Below the pieces are notes generated by a model. It saw nothing but the letters and a program-made list of their open reading frames with translations, searched no databases and was not told the DNA's origin. DNA of 64,000 nt from an uncultured Candidatus Saccharibacteria bacterium (GTDB lineage Bacteria > Patescibacteriota > Minisyncoccia > Phycocordibacterales > PALSA-1337), in assembly GCA_964558375.1 (NCBI GenBank), contig CAZLCD010000001.1:209160-273159 (forward strand). Direction: 5' to 3'. A program made the position numbers and the translations under genes. Shown one piece after another: positions 44,102 to 53,013 of this stretch; the stretch's first letter is position 1, and each line of letters starts with the position of its first letter.

Positions 44102-47100
44102 TTAACCCAACACCCTAACCCTCTCCACTATCATGCTTTTCTGACCGTTTCTTTCGGAGATTTTGCCTTTTAGGGCAAGGCATTTATCAGGGGTGAATGC
44201 ACTTCGGAATTCTACCAAAACCTTTGGGAAAACTACGGTTTCCAATTCGCCAGAAAAATCGGCGACTTTCACGAAAGCCATAGCGTCACCTTTCTTCGTG
44301 GTGATGGGTTTGATCTCTTCGATTATGCATGCCAAAGTCACTTCATCCCCATCTTTCAAAGTTTCCTTGGCTTTCTTTATGTCCATATCTCTCTTTGCAA
44401 TTATTTCTTTATAGCGATCAAGTGGATGTCCAGAAATATAAAGACCCAACAATTCTTTTTCCCAGGCCAACTTTTCTTTGGGATCTATGTTTGGAGCTTC
44501 AAGAAGTTTCAGTTTAGGAATACTTGAGGTATCAGACATCAAACCAAAAAGTGAATCCTGATTATCACTCTGCTTTTCTTTTTCTTTATTATATGCAAGC
44601 AATATTTCGATATTACCCATAAGTATTCCGCGATCAATACCAAAACTATCTAGTGCACCAGATTTGACTAAGGCTTCCAGAGACTTTTTGTTTAAATTTT
44701 TGTCTTTTACTCGGTCTAGAAAGTCCGTGAGGGATTTGAAATGCCCATTTTTCTTCCTTTCGTCTATTATGGCTGTTGCTATACCTTGGCCAAAATTCTT
44801 TATTGTCACTAGTCCAAAGCGTATTGTGTCCTTCTTTCTATCTTCATTATTTTTTACTACAGTGAATTGACTGTAACTTTCATTAATATCTGGTGGAAGT
44901 ATCGGTATACCCATTCTTTTACACTCTGCTATTGTTTCTGCAATTTTTTCTACATCCCCAGAGTCTGCGCTGAGAACGGCCGACATATATGTAGCAGGAA
45001 AATTGGCTTTCATGTATGAAGTCTGATAGGCAACTTTTCCATAGCTAGCTGCATGAGCTTTGTTGAAACCGTATGCAGCAAAAGGCTCGATGAGCTTCCA
45101 GAGAGTATTGGCATTCTTTTTGCCCATACCGTTTTTGACGAAGCCGGCAAGTAATTTCTCCTTCTGTTCTTCCATTTCTTTTGGAATCTTTTTACCCATT
45201 GCCTTTCGAAGCTTGTCTGCTTCAAGCCAAGAATATCCGGCGAGCTTGATAGCGATCATCATCACATCGTCTTGATAGGTGATCACTCCATAAGACATAT
45301 CCAGAATATCTTTCATGCGAGGGTCTAGATATGCCACTTTTGATTCATCATGTTTTCTTTCGATGTATTGAGGGATAGATTCAAGCGGTCCTGGACGATA
45401 AAGGGCGACCATAGCATTGATATCGTGAATTCTGGATGGCTTAAGATCTATAAGAAACTTGGTCATACCTGTACCATTGAGTTGGAAAAGTCCGGTCGTT
45501 TCTCCGCGTGCAAGCATTTCAAAAGTTTTTGTATCATCAAGCGGAATATTTTCTATATCAACATCGATATCATCTATTTTTTTTACCCTTTCCACTGCAT
45601 CTGCAAGTATTGAAAGGTTTTTTATTCCCAAGAAGTCAAATTTTAAAAGTCCTACACCATCTTCTCCGACGGCGTGCATATCGTATTGGGTAATGATTTT
45701 TCTCTCACCCTTTGTATCGTATTGAAGTGGGGTATGTTCTATAAGTGGATCTGGTGAGATGACCACTCCTGCTGCATGTACAGAAATGTGTCGTGCACAA
45801 CCCTCGATCTTTTTGGCCATATCAATTATCCGTTTTGCAGACTCTTCTTTTTCATAAATTTCTTTGAGCTCGGCTGTTTCATTTAAGGCTCGGTCGATCG
45901 TCATCGGGAATCCTTGCGCACCAAGTGGTATGAGCTTGGAGATGCGGTCTGCAACTTCGTAAGGGAAACCCATAGCGCGGGCGATATCGCGCACAGCACC
46001 CTTGGCCATCATAGTTCCGAAGGTTCCTATCTGTGCTACTTTGTCATGACCGTACTTTTTTCTGGTGTACTCGATCACTTCGTCTCGACGATTATCGGCA
46101 AAGTCCATATCGATATCGGGCGCCGATGGTCTTTCTGGATTTAGAAATCTTTCGAAGGGAAGCTTATAGGCCAAAGGGTCTACATTTGTAATCTTGGTGA
46201 GATAGGTGGTCAGAGAACCAGCGACGGATCCTCGAATATTTGTAAGTATTCCATGCTCATGTGCATAGCGGAGCAGATCCCAAACCACGAGGAAATATTG
46301 CGCATAACCTTTATCTTTAATAACTTTCAATTCATATTCAAGGCGATCTTTAACTTCTTTTGTTTCTGTTAAGCCACGAATCGCTATCCCTTCATAAGCC
46401 AATCTTTTTAATTCATCATCATGTGAAAGCCCACTTTCTACTATGAAGTTCGGGAAATACCATTTGCCGAGGCCAAGGTCTATGTCGCACATCCCGGCAA
46501 TTTTTATTGTATTGTCCAAAGCTTCCGGAATATCTGCAAAAAGTTCTTCGGCCTTTTCGGATGTGATAAAAGAAAAATCCTCGTCTTCATTGAAACTTTT
46601 GTCGGACATGTCTCCTCCAGTATTTACGAGCATCAAGGTGTCGCGAGCAGTCCTGTCCTCTGAATGGATATAGTAGACATCATGGCCAGCTACTATATCT
46701 GTGTCGGTTTCTTTGGCTAGCTTTATAAGTTGTTGCATCAAGTCTTCATGTCCTTGGATTTCTGCATGACGAGTGATTTCTATAAAAAAGTTTTCGGGGC
46801 CGTAGACTTTTTTGTAAAAAGAAATCAATTCTTTGGCCTTGTCGATATTCTTTGCTTTAATGGCTTGCGAAATATCACTAGAAAAAGAAGGGGCAATGCA
46901 AATAAGATTTTCTTTGTATTTTTCTATAAGCTCACGGTCGAGGCGGGGTTTATAATAGAAACCTTCAAGATAAGAATAGCTGACGAGCTTCATCAAGTTT
47001 TTGTAACCCTCATAGTTGCGTGCGAGTAAAACGAGGCGTGTACGGCGATTGTCTATACCAGCCTGCATGTCTGTGCGATTCCTGACGGCGACATAGAAGT

Positions 47101-47299
47101 CCACCCCGAGTATCGGTTTTATTCCTTTTTTCTTACATGTTTTATAAAACTCTATAGCCCCATACATATTGCCAGCATCGGTTAGCGCTAGGGCAGGCAT
47201 GTTGCTTTTCTTGGCTTCATCTATAAGGTCTTCGATCTTCGGTAAAGCATTCAAAAGAGAATAATGACTATGGGTGTGGAGATGTATAAATCGAGACAT
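44102..47299 (-). CDS. dnaE: DNA polymerase III alpha subunit
   Basis: PHP N-terminus 'FIHLHTHSHYSLLNAL', 'GLLKFDFLGIKNLS' and 'AHAASYGKVAYQTSYMKANFPATYMSAVLS' are present. Confidence 0.95.
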   Translation of the reverse strand: MSRFIHLHTHSHYSLLNALPKIEDLIDEAKKSNMPALALTDAGNMYGAIEFYKTCKKKGIKPILGVDFYVAVRNRTDMQAGIDNRRTRLVLLARNYEGYKNLMKLVSYSYLEGFYYKPRLDRELIEKYKENLICIAPSFSSDISQAIKAKNIDKAKELISFYKKVYGPENFFIEITRHAEIQGHEDLMQQLIKLAKETDTDIVAGHDVYYIHSEDRTARDTLMLVNTGGDMSDKSFNEDEDFSFITSEKAEELFADIPEALDNTIKIAGMCDIDLGLGKWYFPNFIVESGLSHDDELKRLAYEGIAIRGLTETKEVKDRLEYELKVIKDKGYAQYFLVVWDLLRYAHEHGILTNIRGSVAGSLTTYLTKITNVDPLAYKLPFERFLNPERPSAPDIDMDFADNRRDEVIEYTRKKYGHDKVAQIGTFGTMMAKGAVRDIARAMGFPYEVADRISKLIPLGAQGFPMTIDRALNETAELKEIYEKEESAKRIIDMAKKIEGCARHISVHAAGVVISPDPLIEHTPLQYDTKGERKIITQYDMHAVGEDGVGLLKFDFLGIKNLSILADAVERVKKIDDIDVDIENIPLDDTKTFEMLARGETTGLFQLNGTGMTKFLIDLKPSRIHDINAMVALYRPGPLESIPQYIERKHDESKVAYLDPRMKDILDMSYGVITYQDDVMMIAIKLAGYSWLEADKLRKAMGKKIPKEMEEQKEKLLAGFVKNGMGKKNANTLWKLIEPFAAYGFNKAHAASYGKVAYQTSYMKANFPATYMSAVLSADSGDVEKIAETIAECKRMGIPILPPDINESYSQFTVVKNNEDRKKDTIRFGLVTIKNFGQGIATAIIDERKKNGHFKSLTDFLDRVKDKNLNKKSLEALVKSGALDSFGIDRGILMGNIEILLAYNKEKEKQSDNQDSLFGLMSDTSSIPKLKLLEAPNIDPKEKLAWEKELLGLYISGHPLDRYKEIIAKRDMDIKKAKETLKDGDEVTLACIIEEIKPITTKKGDAMAFVKVADFSGELETVVFPKVLVEFRSAFTPDKCLALKGKISERNGQKSMIVERVRVLG

Positions 47300-47407
47300 G
47301 GGGGTATTATAGCAAATTTAAAAAGTTATCCCCAAGTTCTTAAGATTTGATAAAGATTTTATGAATTTAGTTGTTGCATTTATATGGTGGATTGAGATAA
47401 TTCACCT

Positions 47408-48232
47408 ATGGAACACAATAAGATTATTATATTTAAAGGTAAAAACGTTCGCAGGACACTCCATAATGATGAATGGTGGTTATCGGTGGTGGATGTTATA
47501 GAAGTTTTAACCGATAGTGTTAAGCCAAGAGACTATTGGTATAGGTTAAAAGATCGTGTAATCGATGAAGATAAAATCGAGTTGTCGACACTTTGTCGAC
47601 AACTGAAATTAGAGTCCACTGATGGTAAATTTTATGAAACTGACTGTGCCAACACTGAAGGCATTTTTCGTATCATTCAATCTATCCCTTCTCCCAAAGC
47701 AGAACCATTTAAAAGATGGCTAGCCAAGGTGGGCTATGAAAGAATGCAGGAAATAGAAAATCCCGAACTAGCCACAAAACGCACTAGAATGTTATATAAG
47801 TTGAAAGGTTATAGCGATGATTGGATAGAAAAAAGAATGAGAGGTATAGCTATTCGCGAAGAACTTACAGATGAATGGAAAGATAGAGGAGCGCAAGAAC
47901 ATAAAGATTATGAAATATTAACTGCAGAAATTTCAAAAGCTACATTTGGAATTACTCCAAAACAATACAAAGAATTAAAGGGATTAAAAAGAGAAAATCT
48001 TCGAGATCATATGAATGATTTTGAACTTATTCTCACTATGCTTGGTGAACGTTCAACCACAGAGATTCATAGAACTGAAGATTCTAAAGGTGTTAAAAAA
48101 TTAAAAGAAGATACAATGATTGGCGGAGAAATAGCTGGTGGCGCACGTAGACAACTTGAAAAGAAATTAAAAAAATCAATAGTTTCAGAAAAGAATTTTA
48201 AAGACCTAAATGCCAAAAGACTCAAAACTTAA
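47408..48232 (+). CDS. DNA-damage-inducible protein D (DinD)-like / Bro-N domain protein
   Basis: 'IIIFKGKNVRRTLHNDEWWLSVVDVIEVL' is a Bro-N-like N-terminus. The C-terminal half ('LYKLKGYSDDWIEKRMRGIAIREELTDEWKDRGAQ...') resembles E. coli DinD. Confidence 0.65.
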   Translation: MEHNKIIIFKGKNVRRTLHNDEWWLSVVDVIEVLTDSVKPRDYWYRLKDRVIDEDKIELSTLCRQLKLESTDGKFYETDCANTEGIFRIIQSIPSPKAEPFKRWLAKVGYERMQEIENPELATKRTRMLYKLKGYSDDWIEKRMRGIAIREELTDEWKDRGAQEHKDYEILTAEISKATFGITPKQYKELKGLKRENLRDHMNDFELILTMLGERSTTEIHRTEDSKGVKKLKEDTMIGGEIAGGARRQLEKKLKKSIVSEKNFKDLNAKRLKT

Positions 48233-48836
48233 ATACCTCATAGGTATAGATGAAGTCGGTCGTGGACCGATAGCTGGGCCAGTAGCTGTCGGTGCTTTTG
48301 TTTTTTTAGAGAAAAAAGCCTCAATCTTTTTTAAAGGAGTAAAAGAGTCAAAGCAATTAAGCGAAGAGAAAAGAGAAAAGTGGTTTTCTAAAATAGAAGA
48401 AGCTCGAGAGATGGGTATGGTGGACTTTTCTGTAATTTTTCAAAGTGAGAAAGTGATTGATAGTAAAGGCATTTCTTTTGCGATTAAGAAAGCACTCGAA
48501 CTTTCGCTTGGTGAACTTAAAATAAATCCTAAAGAGGCTCTCGTATTGCTTGATGGTGGACTAAAAGCCCCTCCTGAATATGTAGATCAAAAGACTATTA
48601 TAAAAGGGGATACGAAAGAACAAGTCATAGCCTTGGCTTCTATATGTGCCAAGGTTCTCCGAGATAGGAAAATGAGAAAATGGGCTTTGAAGTTCAAAGG
48701 CTATGGGTTCGATATTCATAAGGGCTATGGGACTAGGAAGCATTATGAGGCTATAAGGAAGTATGGTTTGACGGCTATACACAGGAGGAGTTTCTGTAGA
48801 AAATACGTGATTGCATTGCAAAAAACTCCTATATAA
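48210..48836 (+). CDS. rnhB: ribonuclease HII
   Basis: 'IGIDEVGRGPIAGPVAVGAFVF' is the DEVGRG active-site motif. Confidence 0.9.
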   Translation: MPKDSKLKYLIGIDEVGRGPIAGPVAVGAFVFLEKKASIFFKGVKESKQLSEEKREKWFSKIEEAREMGMVDFSVIFQSEKVIDSKGISFAIKKALELSLGELKINPKEALVLLDGGLKAPPEYVDQKTIIKGDTKEQVIALASICAKVLRDRKMRKWALKFKGYGFDIHKGYGTRKHYEAIRKYGLTAIHRRSFCRKYVIALQKTPI

Positions 48837-48853
48837 GCTAGTATAATAAAACT

Positions 48854-49087
48854 ATGGTAAATCGAATGAGAGCAAACCGTTCCCACAGGGGAAACAGACG
48901 TTCACATCATGCATTGGATGATGTGCGACTTTCTAAGTGTAGTAACTGTGCAGCTATGCATATAAGACATACAATGTGTGAAAAATGTGGGGTATATAGA
49001 GGGAAAAAGATAGTAGACATGACAGCTAAGATAGTCAAGAAAACAGAGAGAAACAAGAAAAAGGCGGATGCGATAGGAAAAAAATAG
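48854..49087 (+). CDS. rpmF: 50S ribosomal protein L32
   Basis: 'RRSHHALDDVRLSKCSNCAAMHIRHTMCEKCGVYRGKKIV' has the L32 Cys pair pattern. Confidence 0.8.
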   Translation: MVNRMRANRSHRGNRRSHHALDDVRLSKCSNCAAMHIRHTMCEKCGVYRGKKIVDMTAKIVKKTERNKKKADAIGKK

Positions 49088-49116
49088 AGTTTTAGGAAAA
49101 GGGGTTCTTCAAAAAT

Positions 49117-50016
49117 ATGGCAAATCGACATTTATCAAGATCAGTAGTACTCCAAACACTCTTTGAGTGGGATTTCCGAGGTTGTCATAATGAAAAGGTA
49201 AAAGAATCCATTTCTCGTATATCAGAAGAATTTGCTCCTGGAATGGGAGATTTGTCTTTTATTGAGGAATTAACTTTAAGTGTTTTAGCGAAGAAAGAAG
49301 ATTTAGATAAAATTATTGAAAAAGCTGCACCAGACTGGCCTCTAGACAAGATCTCGGTGATAGATAGAAATATCTTAAGAATGGGATTATACGAACTGTT
49401 GTTTGCTGACCGTGATGAAGTGCCTGCCAAGGTTGCTATCAACGAGGCTATAGAACTAGCCAAAGGTTTTGGCGGAGAGAATAGTGGAAAGTTTATAAAC
49501 GGTGTTCTTGGTTCTGTGTACAAGGAGCTTGGAGAGCCTGGTAAAGAAGGTGCTCCTCCAAAAAAGAAAAAAGTGGATGATATTCCTTATGAGGATATGA
49601 TTGTTCAGAACCTCGGTGGAGCTGTAGTCTATGCTCGGCACGAAGATGAAATCTACATGGCCTTTGTTCACGACATCTTTGGTCACTGGACTCTGTCGAA
49701 AGGTAAGATTCCCGAAGGTGATGTACGAGAAGGTACAGTCGCTAAAGTTAAAGAAGAAATGGGTCTCGATGTCAAAATCAAAGAAGATCTTGGGAATAAT
49801 GAATATATAGCTTCTGATCCAGAAAAAGGAAAGATTCGAAAGCAAGTTCATTATTTTCTAGCTGAATCAAAATTTGATGAGATCAAGCTCGCCGAAAAGC
49901 CAGGCCTCGATGATGCTAAATGGTTTAAGCTTTCTGCTATACTTGAACTTAATTTTTATAATGATATAGTGCCGATTGTAACCAAAGCCATTACCATACT
50001 TAGCCAAGAGAAGTAA
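49117..50016 (+). CDS. NusB-NUDIX fusion: transcription antitermination factor NusB domain followed by a NUDIX hydrolase domain
   Basis: 'VPAKVAINEAIELAKGFGGENSGKFINGVLGSV' is a near-canonical NusB C-terminal block. A Nudix box 'SKGKIPEGDVREGTVAKVKEEMGL' (G-x5-E-x7-REuxEExGu) follows. Confidence 0.85.
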   Translation: MANRHLSRSVVLQTLFEWDFRGCHNEKVKESISRISEEFAPGMGDLSFIEELTLSVLAKKEDLDKIIEKAAPDWPLDKISVIDRNILRMGLYELLFADRDEVPAKVAINEAIELAKGFGGENSGKFINGVLGSVYKELGEPGKEGAPPKKKKVDDIPYEDMIVQNLGGAVVYARHEDEIYMAFVHDIFGHWTLSKGKIPEGDVREGTVAKVKEEMGLDVKIKEDLGNNEYIASDPEKGKIRKQVHYFLAESKFDEIKLAEKPGLDDAKWFKLSAILELNFYNDIVPIVTKAITILSQEK

Positions 50017-50040
50017 CAAAAAAATAAGTAAATAAATACC

Positions 50041-50736
50041 ATGCCCGACTTTCTTAAATTCGAAGAAAAAATGAATATTAAATTTAACGATATCAATCTC
50101 TTAAAAAGAGCTTGTACTCATCGTTCCTATCTAAATGAAAATAAAGCCGCAGGCCTTGAGCATAATGAGAGACTAGAATTCCTAGGAGATGCTGTACTTG
50201 AGCTTGTAGTCACTAGTTTTCTTTTTAGAAAATATCCCAACAAAAACGAAGGGGATTTGACCTCATACCGTTCAGCGCTTGTAAATACTCAAAGCTTGGC
50301 AAAAGTGGCTCTGCATATCGGTGTTGATGAATACCTACTTCTATCTAAAGGAGAATCCAAAGATACTGGTAGAGCTAGATCTATTATCCATGCAGACACA
50401 CTAGAAGCGATCATCGGAGCAGTCTATCTTGATAAAGGTTATGATGCTGCTGCAAATTTTATCTCAGAACAACTTCTAGAGGTTATCGATATTGATGAGA
50501 TCGTGAAGAATAAAACATGGATGGATGCAAAAAGTCTTTTTCAAGAAAAATCTCAAGAGATGACAGGACATACTCCTTCTTATAAAACTCTAAAAGAAGT
50601 AGGTCCAGATCACAATAAAATGTTTACTCTCGGAGTGTTTATCGGCGACGAGCAAATAGCTACAGGTGCTGGTCTTTCCAAACAAGAAGCAGAACAAAAA
50701 GCAGCAGAGAAGGCGCTTGAGGTTAAGGGGTGGTAA
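50041..50736 (+). CDS. rnc: ribonuclease III
   Basis: 'NERLEFLGDAVLELVVTSFLF' is the RNase III signature. The C-terminal dsRBD reads 'GPDHNKMFTLGVFI'. Confidence 0.95.
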   Translation: MPDFLKFEEKMNIKFNDINLLKRACTHRSYLNENKAAGLEHNERLEFLGDAVLELVVTSFLFRKYPNKNEGDLTSYRSALVNTQSLAKVALHIGVDEYLLLSKGESKDTGRARSIIHADTLEAIIGAVYLDKGYDAAANFISEQLLEVIDIDEIVKNKTWMDAKSLFQEKSQEMTGHTPSYKTLKEVGPDHNKMFTLGVFIGDEQIATGAGLSKQEAEQKAAEKALEVKGW

Positions 50737-50757
50737 AAAATATGCTAAAATATCTCC

Positions 50758-52974
50758 ATGTATCTCAAATCTTTAGAGATTTATGGTTTTAAATCTTTTG
50801 CAAAAAAGGCAACGCTTAACTTTACTTCCCCTATCTCCGCTATTGTCGGACCAAATGGTTCTGGTAAGTCCAATGTGGCTGAAAGCTTCCGCTTCGTGCT
50901 TGGTGAACAATCGATAAAGTCGATGCGAGGTAAAAGGGGTGAGGATCTGATCTTTAATGGTGGAGGCGAGGGTGCAAGGGTGAATCGTGCTGGAGTCAAA
51001 GTTATTTTTGACAATAGCAAACGTGTTTTGAATGTGGACTTCGATGAGGTGGCCCTTGAGCGTGTCGTGCATAGAGATAATTCCAATGAATATTTTATCA
51101 ATGGTTCTTCTGTGCGCTTGAAGGATATTGTAGAGCTTTTGGCACATGCGCATATCGGTGCTTCTGGTCATCATATCATCTCTCAAGGTGAAGCGGATCG
51201 GATTCTCAATGCCAATATTCGAGAACGTCGGGAAATGATCGAAGATGCTTTGGGTCTCAAGATTTATCAATATAAAAAAGCTGAAAGCCAAAGAAAGCTT
51301 GAGAAAACAGAGGAGAATATGAAAAGTGTCGAATCCCTAAGAAGAGAGATCGCACCTCATTTAAAATTCCTAAAGAAACAAGTAGAGAAGGTTGAGAAGA
51401 CACAACAATTGCGAGAAGAATTGAGAAAGTTGTGCAAAGAATATTTTAAAAGAGAAGAAATTTATTTAAAAAGTGAAAAGCATAAAATTCTAGAAGAAAA
51501 AAATCCTTTAGAAAAAGAATTGATTCAGCTCGACGGAGAAATTCTACAAGCTAAAGAGATCCTAGAACAAAGCAAAAACCGCGATGCCAGAAGTGATGAA
51601 CTCATAGCCCTTGAAAGTAGTCTTCGACAAATTCGAATTCAGAAAGATAATGTAATGCGTGAGCTTGGTAAAATAGAGGGAGAGATCTATGCTGGAGAGA
51701 GAATGATAGTTAAAGAAAAAGAGAAACAAAAGCAGGATGAATTTAAGACTGTATATCTTAAGGACATCGAGGATATTTTTAAAAAGGTTAATATACTAGA
51801 AAGTATAAATGAAATAAGAAATCTTCTTTCTAATTTTATTTCAATTCACAAAAACAAAGAAAACTCTGCTCTGGTAGCTGAAACAGAGAGAGATATCCAT
51901 GATCTTAAAAAAAGTAAAGAGGAATTGGAGCACTCACTTAGAGGATTTGATGAAAAAGAGAAAATAGGCAATCTGGAATACAATCAGTTTCGTGAGAGAA
52001 TTGAAAAGGAAAAAGATTCAAACAGAGATGCTGAAAAAAATCTTTTTAGGATTATTGCTAGACAAAATGAAATCAGAGGAATGTTTGGTAATGTTAAAAG
52101 TCGTGAAGATAGAATAATTCTCGAAGAACAATCTTTCAAAAGATTACTAAATGAAGCCTATATTATTGTCGGAAGAGAAATCACTGAATATGAGAGTCTC
52201 GTTATAACTGATTTTTCTGAAGATCGGGCACTTCAATATGAAAGACAGAAAAATATTGAGAAAATCAAGATTAGAATAGAAGATTCTGGGGCGGGCAATA
52301 GTATTGATATTCTTAAAGAGCATAAAGAAGTAGAAGATCGAGATGCTTTCTTGGTTAAAGAGCTTGCGGATCTAGAGATTTCCAACAAGAGTCTGCGGGA
52401 CCTTATCGCCGAGCTCGATGCAAGGATCGATATAGAATTTAAAGAGGGAATTCTAAAGATCAATGCGCAGTTTCAGAATTATTTTGCTCTAATGTTTGGT
52501 GGAGGCAATGCTAGCCTCAATGTCATTCGCGAAAAAAGAAGAAAAAAGAAAAGTGATACGGACTTAAACTTCAATGAAGAGGCGACTTTGGAAATATTAG
52601 CTGAAGAAGAAGACGGTGAAGAGGGTATAGAAATAAATGTCAGCCTTCCTCGAAAAAAAGTGAAAGGTCTTATGATGCTTTCTGGTGGAGAAAGGGCGCT
52701 GACCTCCATTGCCCTTCTTTTTGCTATTTCTCAGGTCAATCCACCTCCATTTATTATTCTTGATGAAACCGATGCGGCCTTGGACGAAGCCAATTCTCGC
52801 AAATACGGCGACATGATAGCCAATCTTGCACAATATTCTCAACTTATTTTGATAACTCACAATCGTGAGACTATGTCGCGTGCGGGTGTTCTATATGGCG
52901 TGACTATGGGTAATGATGGGGCGTCTAGACTCCTCTCTATTCAACTCGAAGAAGCTGTGCAAATTGCCAAATAA
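50758..52974 (+). CDS. smc: SMC-like chromosome segregation ATPase, unusually short (738 aa) with no recognisable hinge
   Basis: 'MYLKSLEIYGFKSFAKKATLNFTSPISAIVGPNGSGKSN' is the Walker A. The C-terminal region has 'LSGGERALTSIALLFAI' and 'FIILDETDAALD'. The rnc-smc synteny is conserved. Confidence 0.8.
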   Translation: MYLKSLEIYGFKSFAKKATLNFTSPISAIVGPNGSGKSNVAESFRFVLGEQSIKSMRGKRGEDLIFNGGGEGARVNRAGVKVIFDNSKRVLNVDFDEVALERVVHRDNSNEYFINGSSVRLKDIVELLAHAHIGASGHHIISQGEADRILNANIRERREMIEDALGLKIYQYKKAESQRKLEKTEENMKSVESLRREIAPHLKFLKKQVEKVEKTQQLREELRKLCKEYFKREEIYLKSEKHKILEEKNPLEKELIQLDGEILQAKEILEQSKNRDARSDELIALESSLRQIRIQKDNVMRELGKIEGEIYAGERMIVKEKEKQKQDEFKTVYLKDIEDIFKKVNILESINEIRNLLSNFISIHKNKENSALVAETERDIHDLKKSKEELEHSLRGFDEKEKIGNLEYNQFRERIEKEKDSNRDAEKNLFRIIARQNEIRGMFGNVKSREDRIILEEQSFKRLLNEAYIIVGREITEYESLVITDFSEDRALQYERQKNIEKIKIRIEDSGAGNSIDILKEHKEVEDRDAFLVKELADLEISNKSLRDLIAELDARIDIEFKEGILKINAQFQNYFALMFGGGNASLNVIREKRRKKKSDTDLNFNEEATLEILAEEEDGEEGIEINVSLPRKKVKGLMMLSGGERALTSIALLFAISQVNPPPFIILDETDAALDEANSRKYGDMIANLAQYSQLILITHNRETMSRAGVLYGVTMGNDGASRLLSIQLEEAVQIAK

Positions 52975-53013
52975 AAATAAGAAAACCTATGCTATAATTT
53001 AGCGAAACATTTC

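Noticed and set aside
43420-47363. The two 29-bp direct repeats as boundaries of a mobile element carrying dnaE
   Set aside because: The enclosed segment contains an essential replication gene and no integrase, transposase or target-site-duplication-like flanks. A regulatory motif is more parsimonious.
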